Position numbers and translations under genes: made by a program. Of a DNA stretch of 64,000 bases, positions 1-13,314 are shown one piece after another (position 1 is the stretch's first letter; each line of letters opens with the position of its first letter). Source of the stretch: Eledone cirrhosa (Eukaryota); the NCBI GenBank assembly GCA_964016885.1, contig OZ024740.1, forward strand, positions 286,564,001 to 286,628,000, written 5' to 3'. A model generated the notes under the pieces. That model saw only the letters and a list, made by a program, of their open reading frames with translations, was not told the DNA's origin and did no database searches.

Positions 1-471
1 TTGAGATTGGTGTTGAAATCGGACCTTCGTAAAGACCTGAAAATCCACCTCTTCATTGCTGTAGTGGAGTCTGTGTGGCTGTACGAGTCTGAGACTTGGA
101 CACTGACCAAGAAACTCACTCAGATGGTGGATGGGTGCTACACGAGAATGCTGAGGATGGCTCTGAACATTAATCAGTATACACTGAGGATGAAAAACTC
201 AGAGCTGTATGGGAGCCTCCCAAAAGTCAGTTCAAAAGTGACACAGAGGAGACTGAGGTTAGCTGGACATGCTCACCGACATCCAGAGTTGACATTGCAC
301 TCAGTGCTCCTGTGGGAGCCCCGACATCGACACACTGGAAGAGGAAGACCAAGGTTAACATATATTGATGCCCTAAGGACAGACACTGGTCTGTTAGAGA
401 CGCAGGACATGGCAGCGATAATGAGGGACAGAGAACTCGTCCATGGATCTCGGGAATTTTACCCGCCCTAG
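1..471 (+). mobile_element. 3' end of an RTE-like non-LTR retrotransposon ORF (post-RT C-terminal region), cut off by the window edge
   Basis: Translation shows RTE C-terminal motifs (LYESETWTL..., [13 protein letters not shown]...[11 protein letters not shown]). The stop at 471 runs directly into a (TA)n/(TATG)n tract. Confidence 0.85.
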
Positions 472-711
472 ATATAGATATATATATATGTATGTATATA
501 TATATATGTATGTATATATATATATGTATATATATATATGTGTGTATATATATATGTATGTATATATATATATATATATGTATGTATATATATATGTATG
601 TATATATATATGTATGTATATATATATATATGTATATATTTGTAAGTATATATATGTGTATGTATATATACACATATATACATAAATATACATACACTAT
701 ACATATATATA
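472..711. repeat. (TA)n/(TATG)n compound microsatellite
   Basis: Visible directly; it produces the spurious YIYI/MYVY ORFs. Confidence 0.97.
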
Positions 712-1192
712 CGTAAGGTCGTCGGTGACTAAACCGGCAACCACACCAAGTTTACTTGGTGAGGAGGGTGATTTTGGACACCCTACAGGACAAAAAGCAA
801 AACTTGACAAAGGGCGGAAGAACTCAAAAAAGTCAACGGCCATCCAAAACTGTGTAAATACGTATATACACATGTACCGCGTGGTTAAACCACTGGGAAT
901 GAAGGATCCCTAGCCTTTGTTAGGGCATTCTTCTAGGAGAAGGCAACTCAGGAAACTGGGATAACTCCAATATAAAACCTGCGGCTCAGTAGTTACCGAT
1001 GATGTTGGTCTTTTTTTCTTTTCAGGTTACAGCTACTGTCGCTCAGGGAGTGGGATTGGCTCAGTGCACAGTCTTTCCTCAATTTAAAAAATATCTTCAC
1101 GCACAGGCATTGCACGATAGAATTAATTAATAATTATTAATAATGGTATATTGTGCAATGGCCATACTCGATAACGAGGGGGCAGCCATCAT
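712..1192 (+). mobile_element. Probable short non-autonomous RTE derivative (5'UTR-like part joined to a 3' tail-like part)
   Basis: GC-richer island between microsatellites. It has an RTE 5'UTR-like stretch (gcctttgttagggc...ctaggagaaggcaactc...aaacc) and a tail-like end (tggccatactc...gcagccatcatgtatat). No ORF. Confidence 0.5.
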
Positions 1193-1250
1193 GTATATAT
1201 ATATGTATGTATATGCATGTGTATGTATATGTATGTGTATATATATATAT

Positions 1251-1676
1251 AATTCCGACTTCACAGACTTACACCTCTCCAAGACAGTGTCACTGGACCA
1301 AGATCTTTGGCGCTACACAGTAATACAGAAGACCCGCCTTAGTTAAGTACAAAGTGAAACCTACTACAGTCAGTAGGCACCTCTAACAAAAATACACCCC
1401 CGTCCCACTACCCCCACCCCATCCACACCAGCCCTTTCAATGTAAAGTTATGTTGGTACCACAACATCCAGTCCGAAACAAATGAGGTCGTGTAGGTGTC
1501 ACGACAAAAAACCTCCCAGTCCACTCTGTAAACGTGGTTGGTGTTAGGAAGGGCATCCAGCCGTAGAAAACCCGCCAGACAGTCCTATGCGAGCAAGACA
1601 ACCACTCTTGCCTCAAGTGGGAAAACTCCCATCCAAACCCATGCAAGCGTGGAAAATGGACGTTAAACGATGATGA

Positions 1677-1680
<4 letters not shown>
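1251..1680 (+). mobile_element. 5'-truncated copy (last codons plus 3'UTR) of the RTE family that is full-length at 24750-28486
   Basis: Closely matches the reverse complement of about 24750-25244 (NSDFTDLHLSKTVSLDQDLWRY vs NSDLTHLHLSKTMSLDRDLWRY). Ends in a (GAT)n tail. Confidence 0.92.
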
Positions 1681-1722
<42 letters not shown>

Positions 1723-2059
1723 ATGTATGTATAAATATATGTATGTATATGTATGTATAAATATATGTATGTATATGTATGTATATATATATATGTATGT
1801 ATATGTATGTATATATATATGTATGTATATGTATGTATATATATATATATATGTATGTGTATGTATGTATATATGTATGTATGTATGTATATATGTATGT
1901 ATATGTATGTATGTATATGTATGTATATGTATATGTATGTATATATGTATATGTATATATATGTATGTATGTATATATATGTATATATATATAAGTATGT
2001 ATATGTATATATATATGTATGTATATGTATGTATATGTATATATATAGATGTATGTATG

Positions 2060-2100
<41 letters not shown>

Positions 2101-2210
2101 GTATATATATGTATGTATAAGTATATATATAGATGTATGTATGTATATATATATGTATGTGTATATATATGTATATATATATGTATATATGTATGTATGT
2201 ATTTATATAT
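1681..2210. repeat. (TA)n/(TATG)n compound microsatellite, about 530 bp
   Basis: Visible directly. Confidence 0.97.
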
Positions 2211-3419
2211 TTTTATTCATACATTTTCATTGTAGTACAATAACAATATAATATCTGATTTAATCTGATACTGGAGACAAGCTTTTAATTTCTTAGCATT
2301 GTATGGCTTAGTGACGGACTTTACAGACAACAAAAGACAACAAACATTACTCGGCCTAGTCTAATCTCACTAATACATGAAACTTTATTTATACTGATTG
2401 CTTAGAACAAATAACTTTTAAGACAACTTCCTATCTCCATATAAACAGCAATCTCCCTTGGAAGATAGAAAACATATTTTGCTAAAACAATTCATTAGTT
2501 TCATCTCTGGATGAGTATGTTAGAGGTTACTTGTATCTGTTTATTCTTTTACAAATGTTGTAAGCATGAAAATTTAAAGAAATGAAATTTTCAGCTCACA
2601 CCTATGCAGGTTTCCCTAGTCTCATAAGGAGGTTTCTAGTGTGTGTTAATGAAAGGTGCCCCACTCCTATCATGAAATGCAGTATAAAATTTGTTTGTTT
2701 TTCCATACATGTCCAATACAGTGCTGAAGCACTTGTAGTCCTTTTTTTTCTCATATATGTGCCTTAGCATCACTGTGTGCATATGTATATATATATATGT
2801 GTGTGTGTGTATATATATATGGAATGCCATATTGATCTTTCCATTACAGGGAGATGAACTCCCACTGACGATGCGGTTCCAAGCCAAATTATGTAATATA
2901 TACTATCATTACCTAATACTCTGCACATGGTTGTTCCTTTTGGAACACTGCCAGCAGATTGGAACCACAGAAATTGATGCATTGGTCCTGGTATCTCAAT
3001 ATTCTTACCCACATGAAGTCGTTTTCCTCATTGATTAACGTATGTGTGCACTCTAACCAGTCGAATTTGAATTTTAATAATACAAACTTAATTGGTTATT
3101 GAGTAAGTGGGAAACGACTGAGGCTATGTCCACTCAGTTCGATGAGTTATTGTTTACTATACTATATTTGTTTTCTTTTTGAAAGCACCCTCACTAAGCT
3201 AGATATCTACACACACAACCACCCCCTAACCATTAAAAAAATTAACACTTATATGAAGAGAATTTACAATTGGATAAATAATGTGTGCCCTTATTTGGAA
3301 ACAACCCCCCCCCCCCCGATGATACAGCCAGTTAGGTAACTGCCTTTGGCAATCAGTCTGGAACTAGCTGTTGAAACGGCAAGAGCTCAGCCGTCAGGGT
3401 CCCAACTCTTTATAATATA

Positions 3420-5180
3420 TACAAAAAAAAAGGAGGCCTGGAAATGTCATTATGAGAGACTGATGAATGTGGAGAACGAATGGGACAGAGAAATTACCTC
3501 CAATAGACCCGACGGAGATTGACGAATATAGGGTACAAGAGGCAATTAAGGAAATGCAGAATGGTAAGTCTGCTGGACCGTCGGGGATAGTTGCTGAGGT
3601 GTTGAAGGCATCAGAAGTAGGCACTAAACTAGCTGCACGCATCATTAATCAAGCTATATATGGTGGTGTCATGCCCAAAGACTGGTACAGCAGTATTCTC
3701 ATAAATTGCTACAAAGGTAAAGGGGATGCTCTAGAGAGGAACAATTATAGGGGCATAAAACTGATGGATCAGGTTATGAAAGTGGCAGAGAGAATATTAG
3801 CGCAACTGATTAGAGAAACTGTCAAATTAGATGAGATGCAGTTTGGTTTTGTGCCTTGGAAAAGTAAAACAGATGCCTTCTTCTTAGTGAGGCAACTACA
3901 AGAGACATTCTTAGAGAAGAATAAGCCACTATACTTAGCTTTTGTTGACCTAGAGAAGGCCTTTGATAGGGTACCCCGATCTGTCATCTGGTGGTCCCTA
4001 AGGAAACTAGGTGTAGAGGAATGGCTTGTGAGGACAATGCAAGCTATGTACAGGGGTGCTGTGAGTAAAGTGAGAATAGGAATGGAGTTTAGTGAGGAAT
4101 TCCAGATACAAGTAGGTGTACATCAGGGTTCGGTCCTCAGCCCGCTTTTGTTCATTATAGTCCTCCAAGCCATAACAGAGGAGTTTAAGACTGGCTGCCC
4201 ATGGGAACTGCTCTATGCTGATGATCTGGTTCTTATAGCAGAATCAGTAGAGGAGCTAGAGAATAAATTCTGGCTATGGAAACAGCAGTTGGAATCAAGA
4301 GGCCTGAGAGTGAATCTAGCTAAAACAAAAAAAAAGTGTTGATAAGTAAAAGAGAGGACAATACTCTGATTTCATCAGGGAAATGGCCATGTTCGATATG
4401 TACGCAATGCAGATCTTGGGTACACAAGAGATGTAGTGGGATAGCAGGCAAACTAACAGGTAGGGAAAACTACGTATGCAGTAGATGTACAGGGAAAGTT
4501 GGCAGTAGTAATCACAGTGATAGACACATTTTTCCAATGCAGGTGGGTTCTATAGAAGTGGTTGATAGCTTCCGGTACCTAGGTGATCAGATTAGCATGG
4601 GAGGGGGGTATTCCAAGGCCATAGTATCTAGAATAAGGACGGGTTGGAAGAAGTTTAGGGAGCTGCTTCCTCTGTTGACTAAGAAGGGTTTCTCCCTGCG
4701 TACAAAAGGACGGTTATATGATGCCTGTGTGAGATACATGATGCTGCATGGTAGTGAGACATGAGCAGCAACTGCAGAAGATATGTGACGGCTGGAGAGA
4801 AATGAAGCAACTATGCTCCGTTGGATGTGCAATGTCAATGTGCGTGAATGACCAAGCATAGACAAGTTGAGAAAGAAACTGGGTATAAGAGGGATAAGTT
4901 GTGGTGTGCAGGAGAGAAGGCTGAGATGGTATGGACATGTGATGCGCATGGAGGATGACCGCTAGGTAAAGAAGTGCCAAGAAATCCCAGTAGAAGGAAG
5001 ACGCAGTAGAGGTAGACCATGCAAAAACATGGGCGGAAGTGGTGAGAGCAGACCTCAGATCGCTGAAATTCACCGAGATGACGACGAAGGACCGTGTCAA
5101 GTGGAGAGATGCTGTGCTGAATAGGACCCGTCCAACCCTTGCAAGCAGGGAAAAGCGGACGTAAAATGATGATGATGATG
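3420..5180 (+). mobile_element. 5'-truncated, disrupted RTE LINE (RT domain to 3' tail)
   Basis: ORF 3467-4342 has RT motifs (LAFVDLEKAFDRVP, GVHQGSVLSP, LLYADD). There is a frameshift in the A-run near 4327-4335, a PHD finger with an in-frame deletion near 4390, stop codons downstream, and a (GAT)n tail at 5167-5180. Confidence 0.95.
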
Positions 5181-5221
5181 ATATATATATATATACATAC
5201 ATACATACATACATACACACA

Positions 5222-5275
<54 letters not shown>

Positions 5276-5289
5276 CACACACATACATA

Positions 5290-5610
5290 CATGAAGTTTG
5301 TCTGCTCCATACAAAGCTTGACCACATCTTGCTCTTTATGTCTGTTCTTTCCTGGCTTGAGATCTCAAATGGCTTTTGAGTCCTGAAAGCTTGTGTCCAC
5401 AAAAAATACAACGATGTCTCATTTCGTTCTTGTTTCCACTTTGGGTTTGTTTGTTGTGTATATTCAGATGTCGCTTCAATACACCTGACAAACATGGCAC
5501 TGGAACTGATTGTCTGCAACAAAGTTTGAATAGTCAGCTTTGACTTTAAAACATTTGAAAAGCACACCTTAGAGCACACAGTTCATTTGAAAACCAATGC
5601 TGCATAAGAT
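5290..5610 (-). mobile_element. Decayed 3' end of a LINE carrying C-terminal C2H2-like zinc-finger remnants
   Basis: Minus-strand frames read FK*TVCSKVCFSN..LKS and CIFCGHKLSGLKSHLRS, followed by a short 3'UTR and a (TATG)n tail. Confidence 0.6.
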
Positions 5611-5627
5611 TCATCATTATTACTCTG

Positions 5628-5862
5628 TAATCCCGCCGAGGTCAACTTTGCCTTTCATCCTTCCAGGGTCGATAGAATAAAGTACCAGTAATGCATTGGG
5701 TAATTGCTGGCCTTGTGCCAAAAGTAGAAACAATTATTACTCTGAGTTCAAATCCCGCTGAGGTTGACTTTGCCTTTCATCCTTACGGGGTCGATAAAAT
5801 AAAGTACCAGTAATGCACTGGGTAATTTGCTGGCCTTGTGCCAAATGTAGAAACAATTATTA
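5628..5862 (+). mobile_element. Two tandem 5'-truncated copies of tRNA-derived SINE family 1 (Meta-domain-like)
   Basis: Both copies carry ctttgcctttcatcc..ggggtcgata..ataaagtaccag...gtagaaacaattat. The target attattact(ctg) appears three times (5616, 5733, 5856). Confidence 0.9.
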
Positions 5863-6364
5863 CTGTTGGTCTCATTCTTCCACACTTTTCTTTTCAGTTA
5901 TGCATGTTTTACCCTCTCCATTCCAAATGAAATTTCTCCAGACCATTCTATCTACTACACATGATTCAAGATTTTTGTAGGATATGTTAAGGTGAATATC
6001 TTGATTCTATTTTCAGGCCAAACCGGCCAACAGCTTCATTTGCAAATGAGGCTAATTAGCTCATGTACATAGGTGTCAAAACTATATGTTTTTGCCTACA
6101 TTGAATACCAACAGAGAGCAGGGTGAGGGAGTGCAGCCTTGATAACAACCAGAGGTAGACACGGTAACAGTCACTGGTGACAGTTACCCATCCCTGTTTC
6201 TGTTGGAATCCGCCATCAGGCGGATGTCAAAATTCATAGCTAAAGGCTTTCAAATGTTATTTGTAAACATACCATATATTGCTAGATTTACAAAACACTC
6301 ACACTTATATCTATACAGGTATGTCAGTGTAAACACCTTAATTATATGTACATATATATATATA

Positions 6365-6545
6365 TAACTGTTTCTACTTTAGGCACAAGGCCAGCAATTA
6401 TCCAGTGCATTACTGGTACTTTATTTTATCGACCCCGTAAGGATGAAAGGCAAAGTCAACCTCGGCGGGATTTGAACTCAGATTGTAAAGGGACGTAACT
6501 ATGCTGTAAAGCATGGCGTCCGACCCTCTACCGATACTGCCAATC
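6365..6545 (-). mobile_element. SINE family 1, near full length
   Basis: A-box-like tggcagtatcggtag, B-box gagttcaaatcc, and the same body as the other copies. Confidence 0.92.
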
Positions 6546-7590
6546 GTGAGATGTTCAGGATTGCGAGCCAGTATATCAGGGAAAATTGTGATGTCGTTGG
6601 TGAGAAGTGTGTCCAAGATGATAAAGGCATACTTGCCCTCACCGACACTGAAAAGAAAGTAGCATGGAAGATCCATTATAAAATATTGATTGAGGAGAAT
6701 GCATGGGAGAAAGAGAGCCTACCCCAAGTGGGCCTAACAGAGAGCCCAGCCGTACAAGTCAGCAGTAAGTAAGGCAATTAAGGATATGAAAACTGGGAAA
6801 GCAGCTGGTCCATAAGGGATAGTTGCTGAGATTCTGAAAGCATCTGGGTCAGTGGGTCGCACCTTAACCACAACTTGTTTTGTAAACCAAGTAATACTAA
6901 ATGGTGTCATACCAAACGACTGGTGCCACAGCATCATAGTCAACTGCTACAAGGATAAAGGAGATGCACTAGATGCGGGAAACTATAGAGGCATGAAGTT
7001 GATGGACTAGGGCATGAAAATAACAGAAAGAGTTATAGCACAGCTGATTAAGGATTAGGTTAACCTAGAAGAGATGCAGTTCAGATTTGTGCCAGGTAAA
7101 AGCATCACTGATGCCCTCTTCCTTATAAAGCAGCTACAGGAGAAGCACCTAGCTAAAAGTAAGCCACTCTACCTGGCATTTGTTGATCTTGACAAAACTT
7201 TTGACAGAGTCCCTCACACCATCAACTGGTGGACTCTTAAAAAACTATGAGTAAAAGAGTGGCTTGTGACGGTTGTACAAGCCATGTAGAGGGTAGGAAT
7301 CAGCAAAGTTAGGTTTAACGACTATAGAGAGAAATTTAGTGTGCAGGTTGGCGTCCACCAGGGCTCTGTTTTTAGCCCACTCCTGTTTATTATCATTCTG
7401 CAGGCTATAACAGAGGAGTTTAAGACTGGCTGTCCATGGGAACTCCTGTATGCGGATGATCTTACACTCATAGCTGAATCTAGGGCAGAATTAGAGAAGA
7501 AATTCCAAATCTGGAAGCATAGCTTAGAAACATAAAGTCTTAAAGTTCACCTGACAAAGACTAAGGTCCTAGTAAGTAGAAGGGAAAACA
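6546..7590 (+). mobile_element. Decayed RTE LINE fragment (linker and RT)
   Basis: MFRIASQYIRENCDVVGEKCV and GVHQGSVFSP...LLYADD are homologous to the 1061-aa ORF. Several stop codons. Confidence 0.93.
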
Positions 7591-7667
7591 GCTGTGATCC
7601 TCTCTTGTGAGTATGTGGTGAGTGTGTATACATAAAAACATGTACATATATACATATATATGTGTAT

Positions 7668-7886
7668 GTATCATCATCATCATCGTTTTTATGTCCTTTT
7701 TTCCAGGCTTGCATGGGTTGGACGGGTCCTTCTCAACACTGCATCTCTCCACTCGCAGCCCTCCTTCATCATCTCCTCTTTGAGTCTGAGCTTTTTGAGG
7801 TCATATTTCACCACCTTTGCCCAGGTCTTTCTTGGTCTACTTCTACTGCAGCTTCCTTCCACTGGCATTTCCTGGCAATTCCTCAT
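7668..7886 (-). mobile_element. RTE 3' terminal fragment with (GAT)n tail
   Basis: Encodes RSRPRKTWAKVV...DAVLRRTRPTHASLEKRT*. Confidence 0.88.
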
Positions 7887-8744
7887 TTAAATCAAGCTGC
7901 GGAAATAGTTAAAGAATTCAAATTATCTAATAAATTATCAAAATCATACGAAAGCTTACTTGTAAAGATATTGTTTATATAACATCAGATGTGGTGGTGG
8001 TGAGGGGAATGATTTATGGTAGAAGTGGGTTAAATAGAAAAAAGTGTGATCTAGGTTGTTTACTATGTCATGAAATAAGACAGCTCAGAATACAACCATA
8101 GTTACTGATAAAAAAAAGTGAAATAGAACAAGATAAATGAATAAAATAAAATTAGAAAAGGTACAATAAAGTAAAATGAAATTATAAAAAAAATTATGAA
8201 TAACATATGCACAGGATACATAAATTTCATGACAAAAACTGTAGAAATAAGCAAAATATTTATGAATCATATACTTTCAAAGCAGTCCATTAAATTAGTA
8301 TGAATGTGCTTGATGTAATGATAATTTTGTACATTTAAATTTGAGATCTAAAGGTTTTTAAATTGCTATTAAGTTAAAAACAAATGTGTCAAGAGTTAAA
8401 TTTATAGTAGAGGGTTCAAATAACTAAATGCAATAGATAGAAATATGTGCAAGTATACATAAGAAATGACAATCCAGAAACTCAGATTAAATTACAAAAA
8501 AGAATTATCAACTGATATTTTAATATAAAAAAGTTTCTATACCTGCGCCTGTAATATTAAGAATATTCGAAAATTTTCCCATTCAGCAACACTGAATCCT
8601 TTTCCAATCCTTATCAAATATGAAGCAAACTAAACCAAACCTTGCAATTCATGATACACAAAATGTATAATCTTACAACTGCATATACCTGTCAGAATTC
8701 CCACTTGGCCATAGATGCACCTTTCTAGTCTTCACAAGCCTTTT

Positions 8745-8940
8745 GCATATCTCACTGACATGCATCATAGCAAGTTGCATGCAAGCATCATACAATCTAA
8801 CCTTGTCTTTGAGAGATAAATTTTTTGTTTCTAGTAGAGATAATAGATTCCTGAACTTTCTCCAGCCAGTTCTTATTCTTGCTACTATACTTTTAGAACA
8901 CCTATCTGTATTGCTGATTAGGTAACGAAAGCTGTCAACA
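8745..8940 (-). mobile_element. Old RTE internal fragment
   Basis: The reverse complement encodes DSFRYL...RIRTGWRKFRNLLSLL...RLYDAC. Confidence 0.8.
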
Positions 8941-9999
8941 AAGAAAGCTAATGCTTATCACACCTGTGCATCTTCTTTAAAAAAAACCCAACTTCTCCAT
9001 TAATCTGCTTGTAGTTCCATTACATCTCTTCGTTTTACATATTTGTATATTTCCACATTCCTTGATGTTGTTCAATCATCCTTTTCATGTCACTGGAGAG
9101 TATATGTTTGTATGTGTGTGTGTGTGTGTGTGTGTATTTTGGTTTTCTGTATTTTAAATAGTCTGCTTCTCAGAGATGGTTGGTGTTATGTCATCTTCTC
9201 TCAGGCACTCTTGATTCATTTGTCTATCCTCCTTTCGTCACCCATGTTGTCTCCCCCTCCCTCCAACCCTACATTAACCCTATGCCCAGTCATTCATGTC
9301 TAGAATGTAACTCCCTCCTTGGCCATATCTTTCTTACAAGAGTCTACCTTCAATAGCTTAAGTGGAACATAAACACCACCAATTTCTGCTTGTGAAGATC
9401 ATGGGGACTGTCCCTTCATCGCAACCTACCAAATAAAAACATAAAATCATCATCATTTTCCCTAGTAGCAAAAGGAAATAAGCAACAACAAAAAACCAAC
9501 AGCCTTCTGAAAAGGGTTGGTGTAAAAGCAGAACACGTCTTACTCTGCATCTGAAAAATTATTATATTTTTATGTTGTACTTTTAAGAGGGACATGGTTG
9601 GCAAAATTTGCAGAACAATTTGCAAACTAGATATATTTTAGTTATTAAATTTCTGATCTCCGTATTTTTAAACCTTTTTGTTATTTTGTTTCTTTTACAT
9701 TCTCATATATATGTTCTTTTATTCTTTTACTAATTTCTGTCATTGGACTGAGGTCATGTTGGGGAACTGTTTGAAGGGTTAGTCAATCATGTTGATCCTA
9801 GAACTTGTATTTTAAAGTTTGGTGCTTATTTTATCAATCACTATTTGTGGTATACAGATATGAGGACACTCATGTATGTACACACACAACATACACAAAC
9901 ATACACACACACACATATACACACAAACACACACACATACACACACACACATACATACATGCATATAGTCCAACCCAAGCTAGCATGTTAAATGATTCA

Positions 10000-10182
10000 T
10001 CATTATCATGACTATTCCTGTTTAACATCCAATTTCCACACTAGCATGCATTAGATGAGTTGTCCTGTTGTGAGACAAGGCAGATCAGATGACTGTGTCT
10101 TGCTGATACAGAACTGTTTCTGGCTTTGTTTCTATGGCTGGATGCCCTTCCTAATGCCAACCACATTTACAGTGTGGACTGT
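10000..10182 (-). mobile_element. SINE/RTE-type 3' tail; its probable head lies at about 14865-15005, separated by the Helitron nest
   Basis: Contains the ggctggatgcccttcctaatgccaacc tail motif. A tRNA-like SINE head on the same strand resumes just after 14850. Confidence 0.6.
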
Positions 10183-11712
10183 ATATATATATATATACTA
10201 TATATATATATATATACTAACAGCAGGACCCGGCGTTACACGAGGTAGGAAACGTGAAATAGCAACACGCATATGCAAAGATTGAGGAATGTAGCTGTGT
10301 ACTTTTTGAATTCCCTTATTCTCAGGGAATGATTGTTCAGCTACTGGAAACATAGAACACCAGCACGCCTGAATCGTGAAACATCTGCATGCATGTGCAA
10401 AATCTGAAGAAAATTAGCTGGAAACTCTTTAAGCGTACTGAATCTTAGAGTATGACTTTTCTTCCATTTGGAGAAAATCGGTTAAGTACTTTTCGAGTTT
10501 TATAGATTCGCACCCAGTCATCCAGACAGACATCATCAGTTATGTCTATTGCATCTGCATGCATACTGTGCAGAGTAAAGCCTGCAATGCTTGAGTAAGA
10601 CATGTCATGCAACTGCACAGCATGTTGAGCCTCCTCCACAAGAGACCATAGCCTCTTCGTAAATCTACCCAATCTGATATAGACCGAACTGTTATATCGA
10701 ATGCCGAATGCTTCGGAGTTACTATTGGGGTCACCATCAACAATTTCAAGAGGGGGTCACTGCGGAATTAGCACAACCGCTGTTCGGTGTACTTGTGCAG
10801 GGCGTTCATACTGCAGTGTAGGTGCAACAAAAGGGGTCTTAGTAGAAATAGCACAGACGTGAGTTTTACGGTGTCAATAACATGGCAACGTACACAAGGT
10901 CCGGATTTGCGCGTGATGAAAGCATGAAGTGTCAACAGGGTGGCAACAAAAATTTTAAGGTCCTCTTCATCTCCTCAATCCCCTGAAAATGGTCCTGCTT
11001 AAAAGTAAGTAAGTGTTGTGTCCTCTGTTAAATAAACCAAATTTTGAACGAAATATTATACACTACTTACGATGTTTAAGTAGCATTTATATTAAAAATG
11101 AAAATGGCATCTAATGCCCAATGCTAATTCGTAAATTTCCTAGAAACCATTAATGGAATTGGAAATTTTTTTTGTCCACAGCAATACGAGGGGACTAACT
11201 AATGTGTGCTGCAAATTTCGAGGAAATCGGCTAGATTATCTTTAAGTTACACCTCAAAAAAGCCTAAAAATGCCTTTAAAATGCGGTTTTTCGCCTAGGG
11301 CAAAAAAAGTTAAAATTCTTTTAGCCCATTGCACTTCAAGAAATATAAGTAACGCATGTGTAAAGCTTGAAAAAAATAGGTCTGGTATTTCTCGAGTTTT
11401 AGGGATTTACACAGACAGATATCCTCTGTTTTATATCTATACTAGCAAATGACCCCCGTTCATTGGACGGTGTCAGTTCTTGGTAGGGCTGCAATGTTAA
11501 TGGTCAATTTCCGTGTTGTATGTTTAACTTGGAGGATAATTTTACCTGGTCAACTCTTTCAATAAAAAAAAACGAGACGGTATTCAAAAAGAGCAAGTTT
11601 TATTTACAGATATGTGTCATTAAAATGTGAACATAGAGAAATGTATCGTTAGCCGTGTCGGTTGAACAATGTGTAATTTTTTTTATTAATAACCGAAAGA
11701 CAAACAGTAAAT

Positions 11713-13314
11713 GAGACTGGATGTCAAACCATTTTGGATTGCATGTAAAGGTGATAAAAAGATCAGGACGGCCACAATGGTGGACATAGGTCAGAGCATC
11801 CTGCATTTTTTCATGCATGTAACGGGGGCCTCCAGTGTATGATGATGGGAGAATGACAGAAATCCCAACATCCGAAGCATTAGCCTGATCATTTCGGTTT
11901 ACTTCGTCACGTAGATTGCCGTATTCTTCTGAACGCAGTTCCTTTTGATGATGTCTTATCCATTGGAGGCGTTCAGTGTCAATCTTAGCAAATATGTCTA
12001 CACTATTGATTGAGGAGCATCCGTGTTCTATGCAGAATGTTGACGTCGTTTTTGCGAAACATAAGTCTAAATACATAAAATTCCATTTGTGAAATGGTTT
12101 TCCCTGGTGTAAGATGCATTAAACTTACAGGATTACACTTTTGCAAATCAATGCGGTAGCCATCGTCGCCAAAGGGGAACAGCAATGGATACTGGAGAGC
12201 ATCATATGCGGGATGAAGTTCATTTATTTTTTGAAGATGCGAGTCCTGCCATTCAATAACAATATCACGGTTTGAAGCGCTCTCATTAGGACGTGTTATA
12301 ATCACCGCAACTTCATCGGTTTGGGGTCTATTAAAGCAACCCTGATGCTGCCCTGGTGGAGCGCGGTCATTTCGAATGACAACCTTGTATTGATTGTTGT
12401 TAGCATCTCTACGTTGTAAAGCAGTTTTGAAAATGGTGATGTACGGGTTTATGGAATGAAGCATATATTGAAGGGGCTGCAGAAGAGAAGGTGTCGTTCC
12501 TTTAGCAACTGAAGCCCTTCGTGCAATTTCTTGCTCATAAAGTAGATCTGGAGAAAACTGTGTTCTTTGCCATCTTGTGGAATAAGTGATCCTATTTGAT
12601 GGTAAATTTGGCCTTGCACTTTAAATGTGGGCATATAATTCCCATCTTTTATTGGTGTATGACCAAAGCTTGTCATTTGGAAAGCCGAATTGTAGGCTCT
12701 TATATTTCTGAAAAAGTGTTTAGAATCAGGGTGGTCTCCAAGCAGCAGAGAATTCAAAGGTTCGGCACCGACTTGTAAATAAGGCAATCTAACCGTTCCA
12801 TTGGAGCAACATATACCGGTAGATTCCGCTGGCCACCTCATTGCATTACAATGGACGCAAACAGTTGACATACTACCAATGATGATATGTGGATGGGATG
12901 CGTAGTCCTCTTGGGGGTTGTATTGGAAACCTTTCTTAGACCAGTAACAGGAAGAATCCCTCGGAAAGACATAAGTACGCATTTTCCGTTGAGAATCAGC
13001 CGCAAGCCTTGTTGCTCTTTGGTCAACAGTCTCTAAAGCACGGCTATTGGAATTAGAAGCAGCATTGCGAGCACGCCGGAGTTCTGCTTGTTCAGCTTTC
13101 TGTAATGCTCTGATGTTCAAAGTAGAGGCAGCATTGTGAGCACGCCGGAGTTCTGCTTGTTCAGTTGTTTGTAATGCTCTGGCGATCGAGGTAGAAGCAG
13201 CATTGCGAGCACGCCTTAGCACACATTGTTCTTCTGTTTCGCTTGCGCGCAAAGAACGCAAAGCAAAAGCATTTTTTGTTTTTTTCCAATGTTACTCTTT
13301 CTTTTTCGAGGCAT
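11713..13314 (-). pseudogene. Frameshifted, truncated Helitron Rep/helicase gene (N-terminal repeats, Zn finger, up to Rep motif 1)
   Basis: ATG at 13314 (MPRKRKSNIG) is one base out of frame with ORF 12449-13261. Motifs: CVHCNAMRW..E..GICCSNG, YNSAFQMTSFG, FKVQGQIYH, YDALQYPLLFPFG, ILPSSYTGGPRYM, PDLFITFTCNPKW. The HUH/Y2 motifs and the helicase are absent. Confidence 0.93.
13040..13245 (-). repeat. Three 69-bp in-frame tandem repeats (23-aa RRARNAAS... units) in the Helitron Rep N-terminus
   Basis: gcattgYgagcacgcc recurs at about 13062, 13131 and 13200. Confidence 0.88.

Noticed and set aside
227-2251. Long ORFs rich in Y/I/M/C/V/H (also near 4714-5325, 13619-14130, 38019 and 58495-59229)
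   Set aside because: They are translations of (TA)n, (TG)n, (TATG)n and (CA)n microsatellites, which happen to lack stop codons.
6195-6222. Minus-strand CTGATGG...GAAAC as a hammerhead core
   Set aside because: The core reads CUGAUGG rather than CUGANGA, and no stem II forms between the motifs.
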